From assembly GCF_026571515.1 (NCBI RefSeq), contig NW_026859211.1:124001-188000 (forward strand): 64,000 nucleotides of DNA, given 5' to 3'. Positions 52,130 through 62,924 of this stretch are shown piece by piece; position 1 is the stretch's first letter; the number at the start of each line of letters is the position of its first letter. The notes under the pieces were generated by a model. The model did not search any database and was not told the origin of the DNA. It saw only the letters and a list, made by a program, of their open reading frames with translations. The translations under genes were made by a program, and so were the position numbers. This stretch comes from Ruditapes philippinarum. Lineage: Eukaryota.

Positions 52130-54169
52130 GATGGATAATTGGTATGTTTTAAATGTGAATATATGATGCAATGTGGTAAATTGTATATGATCAATATTAG
52201 ACACATTTTACCATTGGGAAAATACTAAATACAAAAACATATATCGTAATCAAAGTTGAGATGTCTTGGATATATTATAGATATCCATCCAGTTGTTTGA
52301 AAAATGTATAATAATGAAGGAGAATATCTTTTTTTTGAATAATTGATAAATGGTGATCATCATTTATATATCATTTTAAAGAACAACCATTTTTATTACA
52401 TATTTACTTGTCCATTAAATATTTCCTTTTCGTATTTAATTAATACTTCTGCTTCGAAGAATTTAATTGATATTTCTGCTTCGAAGAAGTGTAAAACCTA
52501 TATTTCTTGTCTTTTTTTGTAAATATCATTTTGTTTTATATTTAATTACTAAAAAAACTTAATTTTGCCTTTTTTGATTCCAAGGAGTAAGAATGTTTCA
52601 ATACATACAATAGATTTGTAATAATTACTTAATGAATAACGATGACTTTATCGGTGATTTTGAAAATAGTTTTACTATTTATATGCCACATGGTTTGATA
52701 TCAGCTGTATATGACAGCATTTTTTGACCTTCGATATTTATTATCTTGCAGAATCTTCACATTCTTAATGCTACATTTCATATTGATTGATAAAAAAATC
52801 TTTTTTTAAACAATAGGAGGTTTACATCATTATTTGTATATTATATTATGTATTGTGATTGTAAAATGGCATGCTATTTAGTGCTGTTTTTGCCAATAAT
52901 TACAGCGCATAAAACTCATGTTTGTATGATGTATGATGTACTGAGATGAATAAATTTGATTGATTTGATAAAATCTGAGTGAAATTTCGTTAACATGCCT
53001 GGTTAATAATTCGTTTATTCAATTCAATTGAGTTGTTTACAATAATTAAACATAAACACGTAAATAAAATAATATGTGAAAAATAAAAAAAGTAAATAAG
53101 GGTTTCACAACAATTAAAAGATTAAAAAATTGGATGTTAGTAATTTGTTAAGGTATCAGACACAATTAATTTCACGCCTAATTGCGTTGTAATAGCTAAG
53201 AAATATTATCATAATGATGTGTAGGATTCGCCAATTAAATCTGCATAACAGAGTCTTTACAAATATCTAAACTGATGAAATCTTTAATTAAAGTAATATA
53301 TTAAAGTAACTATAACAAGATCGCATTTGTATTAAAAAATGCTTTGCCACTAAAACAATGTAACAAAAGAAGTATACCCTTTTATTTGTATACATTTGAA
53401 CTTTGCCATAATGCAAGAGGATCTAGTGAATTTTGGGGTCAAGATCATAGTTGAGCATTTCAAATGAAAGACAATGTGCAGATGTGTCTCTATTCATATA
53501 CAAAGGCCATGGTGTAATAATTGATTCAAAATACAATAAGAATTTTGTTATTTACTGTATTATTTAGCTGTATTAAACTTTGAAATGCAGTTGCAGTAAA
53601 ATTCTTAAATGCTATATTTTTATTAATCTTTACCTATTTCTGAAAACATAAAAAAAACATTCATAATTTAAAATCATCATTACATAAATGTTGTAAATAA
53701 TAATTTCCTTATAATGTGCTCAGCTCTTTCATAAATATCCCTGCAAAGCAAACATTACTCTTTAGGTCATGATCTCTAATCATACCTAAAGATAGAATCT
53801 TTGAAAGCAAACATTTCTCTTGCCATTCAAGGCCAGCTGCATGATTATTAGATTAGAACGTGTTTATAAAGTAATAATACAAAGTCGGTAGATCTCACCA
53901 TATGTCGACATAAAGTATTTGAGTTGTAAAAAACATATGTTATGACTTTAATTTATTGTGGATACAATTAATATAAACGTAAAGCTTGACTTTTAATCAG
54001 AGAAAACGGTGATCTACTCTAAACAAGTTTAATATCGATTTCTTTGCGAAATGGGGTAATTAAATAATATGATAAAAACATATCAATAGCTGACGGAAAA
54101 TCAATCTTCCTTTTGAACATTGTAATTGATTGACATTTTTTTTCATTTGAGAAAATATTTATTCCTAAC

Positions 54170-54480
54170 AGAAATGGCTGGTTAAATAAATTGAAAACAT
54201 TAGATACATTAATAAATCAGTGGTACACAGGATACGAAAATAAATCTTATTGTAAAAGTATAATATTGATAGAAAAGAAATTTGAAATTTACAAAAATCT
54301 GCCTCTTGAAACTGGAAATTTGCATAGGTTTCCTTAAGAACATAGAAAATGCATTATTTGCAATCAAAACATAGGGGATGACTTTTATCTTCTATTATAT
54401 TGTCAAAATCTAACTATGAGAAGAAATCTCAATATAACAAAGTTTGAAAGTTTAATGAATACTAACCATTTTATGGTGTG
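54170..54480 (+). mobile_element. Decayed 3' end of a LINE ORF2
   Basis: LPLETGNLHRFP*EHRKCIICNQNIGDDFYLLLYC resembles the LINE C-terminal zinc-knuckle region LPIETGR..R.C..C..GDEFH.LL.C. Confidence 0.6.
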
Positions 54481-54808
54481 GTATGTAAACAATTTGCATA
54501 CTTTTTTGAATTTTGATTTTATTGTGTATTAATAACAATTTTACACAAATATTGTAAACCCAGAACAAACTTCAGACTTTTCTGTATGTTCATTAAGGGC
54601 TCATTAGTGTGATCAACTTTAAAAATTTACCAAATCAAAAATATCAATTTATCTTAAGTAGTGCTATTAATATCATTGTGTTACTTAAATTTCCATAATA
54701 AATATTGATAGATTCAACCAAAAGATGTAAGATGTGGTCCTTTATATTTGGTTAGATATTAATTGTTACACCACAGTCTAATTATATATTGTCTTCTTTT
54801 AGAAAGAA

Positions 54809-55880
54809 ATGGAGAAATGTTGGAAGACCACTATCGACACAAAGCAGAACCCGAAATTAAAGTGTCCTCCATATGATAAAGATGGTTTAGGCGAGTCGGC
54901 TCATGGATATTGTCAAGCATGTTTTCAGTTTGAAGGATCACTTAATGTGAAGTTCCCCTCTGATAAATCACAATGTAATGTCTGTGGGATAGTAATGATA
55001 ACAGCAACACAAATGATCGTTGACTACGGGAATAAGAAAATTAAAATGATTGATGTAAACAAAGGGACTCTGGTATCAGATGTATTTCTATCATCGGGAC
55101 CAGAAGATGTAATAAAACTTCCAGGAAATAACTTGCTGTTGCATTGCGGTTTGAAAACTGTATTCAAATTATTTCTTATACTGACCAAAGTTTGACACAA
55201 GATCTTCGTATAGATATTGGATATACATGTATATGTTATTGTGTAGCTTATTGTCAAGACAAACGAGTGGTAGGTTGTAATTCTAATCCAGGAAAGCTGA
55301 TTATTTTGTATTTACACAGAAATATCATACAGGTGTTTGATGCTCCTGGACTGTTTGATTCGCTTGCAAAGATTGTTATCAGCATTGATGAAAAGTTCAT
55401 GTATGTATCTGATTACTACTCTTTAAGCAAGTTTATGAAGCTGGACTGGCAAGTTAATGATGTACAAATATATGAAGATCCAGGATATTTGTTTGTTTGA
55501 TTGGGTTTTACGTCACACCGACAGAGTATAGGCCATATGGCGACGTTCCAGCTTTACTGGTGGAGGAAGACCTCACGTGCACTTCCGTGCATTATTTCAG
55601 GCACGAACGGGCACCTTAATAGAACCACCGACGTTCCGTAAGCTAGCTGGATAGCTTCATCACATGAAAGAATCCAAAGTCCCTGTCGGGATTCGAACCC
55701 GCAGCGGTGAGGGGCAAGTGGTTTAAAGTCAACGACCTTAACCACTCGGCCACGGACGCCCCAAGATCCAGGATATGAAAGACCAACCGGAATACAAGAG
55801 ATGGAAGATGGTACGTTATTAGTATGCTACAGAGACAGTAGCAATATTATAAGATTGTCGGCCAGCTTCAAGAAAATATA
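54809..55880 (+). pseudogene. TRIM-like pseudogene, copy 6
   Basis: GYCQACFQ joined directly to FEGSLNVKFPSDK (B-box2 and coiled coil deleted), frameshift near 55133, SINE insertion, last blade missing. Confidence 0.88.
55489..55762 (-). mobile_element. Full-length tRNA-derived SINE with 14-bp TSD
   Basis: A box TGGCCGAGTGG, B box GGTTCGAATCC, (CAAA)n tail. TSD AAGATCCAGGATAT at 55475-55488 and 55763-55776. Resembles bivalve V-domain/RUDI-type SINEs (from memory). Confidence 0.92.
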
Positions 55881-58158
55881 TGAGAATTTGATTTATAGAT
55901 ATACAAAACAAGACTAGCTACGAAACAAAGATATTGAACAATTCAGACATGATGGTCAAGGTCAAGTTCATGAAGTTTCATTATGTTTCATATAGCAATG
56001 AGATCTTGACCTTAAGCACGGTCTTACATATAAAATTGAACCTTGATATCAGCTTACCTTGATAATTTGACAAAGTGACCTACTTTCTTGTCCTTTGATG
56101 TACAGTTAGAAATTTGGAATATTTGCACAGTTTTAAATGTTAATTTGAACTTTGATATCATCTGACCTAGATAATTTGATATAGTGACCCACTTTCTTGT
56201 CCTTTGATGCATAAAATTTGGACTATGTGCACAGTTTCATATGCAAAACAGAACATTGAACATTATGGAAATGATTCATACGTTAACAAAACAAGTGTGA
56301 CTAGACCTATCTAATGAAATGAAAAAAACGAAAACAGAAAATTTAATTAATTTTTCTAAAGATTTATTTAAACCTTTTATTTGTTTAACTGCAGAAAACG
56401 TAAACCTGTAGAAAACGTAAAAAATGTCGAGCGTTGCCCCGTTAGTCGGTAGCTCTTTTTAGTTGCTAGCTTTGAAACAGTAAGGATATTGCAGATTTGA
56501 TTTGATTTATGTTATGTGTTGCAAACGTCTGTTTTAAAGAAAAACAACAATAAAAAACAGGCTTATCTTTGGATATCTAATAATGACTGTATATGAAACA
56601 TTTCAGTAAAAAATGGATTGATTTATATACGCCTTAATGTTTTGTCTGCCTATGTCATGTACAAATACAGATACCTCAAGAAAATATAAACCATGTTAGC
56701 AAAGATGTGAGTGGTGGTTTACAGGCTATGGATACAGCATTAACAACCCAGCAATCACAAGAGGTTCAAGCTAACTCTGCTATAGTGGAAATGCCAGGTG
56801 GTGCACCTCTTACCATCAGTGGAGGCCGTTTAGTCCTGGCAAACTGCCCCACTGACAACTGATCCAACCAGTAAGTGTTTGTGAATATTTCATTATGCCC
56901 TCCTTCGAAAATGAGGCGGTATATTGTTATGTTTGTCTCTTCGTCGGTAAACTACATGGCTTTGCACTTCTTATCTTAAAAAAATATTTATCACAAGGTA
57001 TAGGTCATAACTACTATTGATTTTGGGGTCACTAGGTCAAAAGTGAAGGTGACAGGGACATTAAATGTCAGAATGGTTGCCGCTCATTATACTTATGATA
57101 GCTTCCATTCAGTTTCAGGTCATATATTGGTCATTATGTTTCTTTTTTCATAACTAAAAACAATTCCATGTACCCATTTATGGCATGTTTCTATAACAAA
57201 ATTACCTATAATATGAGTTAAAGGCTAGAAAGTCGGTCAAATGTGCCGTGTCTTGTTTCCCTTTGTGATCACCTGTTGTCTTGTCCAACTTATAACCTGC
57301 CTTGAGCTGTCTGTCATTATCTTATCCAGAATTTCTCTTAGCATCATTATATCTTTAACCTCATAGTACATTTTGACAAAATTTTGAAGAAATGATTTTA
57401 GGTGAGGTGTCTGGAGCTTAAAATAAACTTTAAAAATGAAATCTTTAAAAATCTTCTAAGAATATAATGCACAGATCTAAAGATAATGCCTATAGCATAT
57501 CATTATAACCTTTTGGTCCTCTACAAAAGTTATATATAATAAGTAATGCACCTTGGATCAAATCTGGCTGTTCTTTAAGGGTCACTTAGTATGGAAAAAG
57601 CCTTGTATATAAAAACAGATTTACATCATCTTCTCTGAAACTACATATCCTTATGCTTAGATATTTGGTGTGAAGCTTTGCCAAATGAACTCTACAGAAT
57701 TATATGTATCAAGCCGCTTAAATAAAAAATGTTCTGAATCATGGGACCATTTTTTTTAGCTCCACTATTCAACGAAGGGAGAGCTAATGTATCCATCCCG
57801 GCATCCGCGTCACACTTTCTTTGTGTTTTCATCTCCAAGGCTACTGAAGGGAGTGGGTTGAAAGTTCACACACTTACTTTATAGTATAACTGGAAATCAT
57901 TGCATAAGGCACATTACATTGACAGAAATATGGCCCTATTTGAACTTATAAAAAATTCTACATTATCCAAGCTCTTGGGTTACTTTCAAGCACTGAGAAT
58001 AGTCAAGTTTGCTGTCCTACTCAGAACTGACAGCTCTTGTTTCATACTGAGATTAGGAAATGATAAATATTTTATGATTTTCTGCCGATATCATGCAACA
58101 GTTACTGATGAACTTAAGGGATATTTTGGATTATTTTATTTTGGACGCATTCTATGCA

Positions 58159-59082
58159 ATTTATTGTCCCCCGCCTTTTCGAAGAAAAAAGGGGGATATA
58201 GAAATAGGCTCCGTCCATCTGTCCGACCGTCCGTCACACTTTCGTGTCCGGTCCATAACTTTGTCATTTATCAAAGGAATTTGAAATAACTTGGCACAAA
58301 TGTTTGTTATAATAAGACAATGTGTCATACGCAACAACCAGACCCCTACCTTCAGGGTCAATGTAGCTTTTGTTCATTCAAGGTCAACATTGTCTATTTG
58401 AGGGTATATGTCGTGTCTGTTCCATAACTTTCTTATCTTTGTAGGGATTTTGTAAATATTTGCCAGAATTGTTCACAATAATGAAATGATATGTCATGCG
58501 CAACAACCGGTTACCTACCTCCAAGGTCAAGGTCACACTAAGAGGTCAAAGATTTACATAGTCTGTTATAGGGTATATTTTGCGTCCAGTCCATAACTTT
58601 TTCATACATCAATGGATTTTTAAATACTTTGCACAAATAATCACAATAATAAGACGATATGTCAGGCGCAAAACATTGGTCCCTACCTCCAAGGTCACAC
58701 TTAGAGGTCAAAGATTAACATAATCTGCTATAGGGTATATTTTGTGTCTGATCTATAACTTCTTCATAGTTCAAGGGATTTTGAAAAAACTTGGCACAAA
58801 CAATTATAAGACGATATGTCATGCACAACACCAGCACCACAATCTCCAAGGTCAAGGGCACACTTAGAGGTCAAAGCTTAACATTATAGATTTTTAAATT
58901 CTGTGTTTCATTTTATTTCTTTAATAAATTTATTGATGCATTTGCAGATCTAGCATTGATCATAATATTGAACTGAAAGTCCTGAGATCCATACATCAAT
59001 CTTTTGAAATAGCACAATTTTATGCTTTATATAAAACTTCCCTGAGACGGGGAACGTTGGTAACTCTGTTACAAATTCTTGT
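58159..59082 (+). mobile_element. HINE-type element (counterpart of 34729-35660)
   Basis: Near-identical to the block A copy. Confidence 0.7.
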
Positions 59083-59101
59083 GTAAATTGTAAGTGTTTG
59101 T

Positions 59102-59291
59102 GAGTGGTTTAGGTCGTTGACTTCAAACCACTTGCCCCTTACCGCTGTGGATTCAAATCTTGACAGGGACTTGAGATTCTTTCATGCGAGGAAGCTATCT
59201 AGCTAGCTTATGGAATGTTAGTGGTTCTGCTCAGATGCCCGTGTGTGCCTGAAATAATGCGTGGAAGCGTTCCTGAGGTCTTCCTCCACCC
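59102..59291 (+). mobile_element. tRNA-derived SINE, truncated (counterpart of 35680-35868)
   Basis: Near-identical to the block A copy. Confidence 0.8.
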
Positions 59292-62233
59292 GTCACCCCC
59301 AAAAAGTAAATTTTAAGGACATAATGCTTAGCTAGCTTAGATTATCTATCTATATCAATTGATATTTCAAAGCATCTGCCCAAGCAGCCTTAGATTATAT
59401 TTATGCAATAATGTATAACTTCAAAATAATTGTCAAATTGTCAAATTGCATTTCTTATTTCAGCTGGAATGATGTCAATACCTGTCTCAATATATCAAAG
59501 TCTTATGGCATCCCAGCAACAGGGAACACTGGATCTGGGGTCAACTGGTCAGGTGGTGTTCACACAGGCAACTACCAACCAGCAAGTCCAGCAGCCTCAG
59601 ATTATCACACAGCAGCAACTGGAGCAGCTGCAGCAGCAACAAACCCTCCAACAGCATTTAGAGGCTCACCAGGAGATTGTACATGTAGGGGAACCTCTAG
59701 GTGTACAGTTAAATCAACAACATATACAAGGTGCCAGTGGGGATGGATCAGATAGCTTGATAGCTACAGGAACTGTTGCATGTAAAACTGAGACTTCATA
59801 GTTCACAAACTGTTTGGATATTTTAATATGTATTGTATATTTGTATATAAGAGCCAATGTGTTCAAATTATGAAAATGTGACAGAAAGGGAAAATAACAC
59901 CCCCAACTTTGTAATGTTCTGTCATATAAATGTATCTATTGAAATGAAATAAGTCTCTGAGGTTTTAGGTGTTGAGTAAGGGGATATTGATCTTTACTGC
60001 ACTAAATATCTTAAATAGAATTGTTCATCTTTCAGTGTGGACAAGTCCATTCATAAATTATAGGGAAAATTTCCAAATAAGTATTAACTGAATAGTGTAA
60101 AGTGCACAACATGTTGTGTATTCTTATCTTTGTTTGAACTGGTACCAGGTAAGCGTTACATGTATATATGCTGAAAAACTGTACAAAGCTTGCAAGAACG
60201 ACATACACTGCTGGACATTGGAAACGCATCCATTGTTTTTTACCTTTTTTATAAGGAAGGGCGTATTTGATTTTTTTGCAAACTGAAGGACACATGTCTA
60301 TACTTCTTATTTAAAATTGTTACTGTCACGACTCTATTGTTGAGTTTAAGTAAAAAATGTGTGGTAATCCGCATTTACAAAAATCAAAACCGACCTGTTT
60401 TATGAGCATAGTCCCAATCACAGTCATGATCTCACTGGGATTGTTTAAGATCATATCCTTCCTCTACGACGAGGACGTGTCGGGGACGTTGGTGGCGTTT
60501 TGTATAAAACATTTTATATATTATTTCAACTAGGCTTATAAATGAGGCGTTCAGTATCTCGTGTATGACGCATTAAGCTGAATGCTAGAAAGACACCTGA
60601 CTTATTGCAGCAATTGGATTATTATTCCATTCTTGCACTGAGGCTTGTTGAAGTTGTGCTTCATTTTGTCGAGATGGTTTACGTGTATTAATTCTACCGC
60701 CGAAATCGTCCCATACATGCTATATTGGTGACATGTCTGGTGACATCGCTCGCCAGTCTAGCACATTAATTTGATTATATATTTTCATTATCAACACTAT
60801 GTTTAGACCTGACCAATATAAAGCTTAAGTCATCAGCTAATGTTGGTATTTGTCTTTATTCACAATTCCTTTCAACAGCTCCAACCCAATTTTTATTCAA
60901 AACATAGTGGTCCTTTACACAAGTCATATAAATTATCATTGAATTCTGTATATGTAGGTTACTTGAACTTAAGTTAAAAGAATTGAAATCGTGGAGAATC
61001 TCTTTGTCAGTATCTAGAAAGAAGCCAGACCTTATATATATGGTAAATAACATGGCTAAGTGAGTCATACATAAATGCCCTTGGGATAAAATTTACCCAC
61101 ACTTCTGATACTTTTCTAAGTCTTACATAATATAACAATTTGTAATCCTCTTGCCTTTGTATATAAATGTCCCTGGATTCAGATATTGTCCCATTTTGTG
61201 GTCCTGTTTCAATTTATAGAGAACAAAAACGATTGAAACTTAAAACCAAGGAGTTTGTCTATAATATGTTACATAACTTTGCCAAGAGTTAGTCTTATAC
61301 ATGTCATCTTTAATTGTTTTCAAAATAATCAGAATCAAGCTTTATTGACTTTAATACACTTATATTATGCGAAATATTTATTTGCCCATTATTTTGATTT
61401 ATATGTCATGAATGTGACCTATTAATTCGAAATAAACTATTCTATTCTATTCTACAAATCGTGGATCTTGCATAAAAAGTCCAATTAGCTTCTTTGATTT
61501 AGTAATAGATTATTTATAGAGTTTTAGCATGGATGAATATTGAATACCCAACAGGGTACATAGTATATGTTTGTCAAAATTCTTAAATGTATCGGAGATG
61601 TAGATATGTTATCTATGTATCTGAATGTGTAAATAAACTTTTGATTTATTTATTTATTTTATTTATATTTCATTGCATACGATCAAATTGTATGTCAAAG
61701 TTTCAATGACAGGCATGTATATTATGTACATATTAATGTTCCTTAACCAATTACTTCATAATTTCTCAAAATGCTGCAATTTCTCAATGGATTGAGATAG
61801 AGCCAAAAGCTTTCAGCGTTGCTTTCACGTTACCTTAAGGTCGACCTGAGGGCATTTAAGCTTCTCACTAGTCCAAAATTTTCGTGTAGATGAGGGGGTC
61901 AGAAGATCCCTTTCAAACCCCCCAAGCAGATGCTCTTGTACCCCTTTTTATCTATTTGATAGCGGATGGCGCCGAAAAACTGACTACTTTTTTTACAAGT
62001 ATTTGGGGTCTAAATAGGTATTTTTTTCCACTATTTGAGGCCTCAAAGGGGTGGTGAAAAGACGTCTATATGAAGTAACGGTTATTATTTATAATTTAAA
62101 TGATGACACACTTTGTTTTAATTAATCTTTTTGTAAACATTACAAAACATGTTTATTTTTAACATGAACAGCAGTTTTTTATGAAACATTGTACTTAAAA
62201 ATCTATCTAAATTTGCTTTCAAGGGAGATAATG

Positions 62234-62328
62234 TCACTGTCATATTTGAAAGACAACATTACGCCCCCTGCGAACTAGAATTTAAACTTCCGCGTTCCAA
62301 GGTTCGGGTTGAAACGGACTTAAAAAAG
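62234..62328 (+). other. Putative leader exon of copy 7
   Basis: Homologous to 39297-39394. GT at 62329; acceptor at 62921. Confidence 0.55.
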
Positions 62329-62924
62329 GTGAGGATTTTCTACAGCTTTTCAGTATAATATTGCAAAATATATATGTTTAAGCAGGATGAGTTTACTAGA
62401 TAAAGTGGGGATAAATAGTTATACGAGCATTATTTTAATTTTAAGATAAGTTATATGTGAGATATAGTGAAACAACTGAATAATATAAATCGGATCACGT
62501 GACTTCTCTTTGTTTTCGTAAAACACAAAACAAAACCGCTTTACCTTTAGTTAAATTTAATTAATACTAAATAAACGTTTACAATAAAAGTTCAATGAAA
62601 TATTCAAGATGAAAAACTATAAAGTTAAACTTAATAATAAATGTGACACTAGTTAGCTATGTGACACTAGCTAGCTGATAAATATGGGACGTGTTTAAGC
62701 ATGCAAACTAAATTCTTTCAAGATCGCATTGAGAAATGCATATTGATATATTGGATTACAAACAGTTGATACGATGTATTTTATGTAAGTCATAAAGGTT
62801 TAAACATATTCATTTCCCATGAATATATATAGTAATAAATATTTATCTTTTTTTTTCATATTGTTCAGAACTTTGATATGTCGTCGGCGGAAAATTGATT
62901 AGTAATTTATTTCCATTTAAGAAA

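Larger units (their letters stand above)
56671..59801 (+). pseudogene. NRF1: Orphan NRF1-like 3' exons, copy B (56671-56870, 59464-59801)
   Basis: CAG|IPQENINHV...GGRLVLAN, then an 8-nt deletion relative to copy A gives a premature TGA. Donor GTAAGT. Terminal exon is 3 codons shorter in the Q-rich tract. Confidence 0.78.

Noticed and set aside
55680-55762. tRNA gene
   Set aside because: It is the tRNA-derived head of a SINE with body, tail and TSD.
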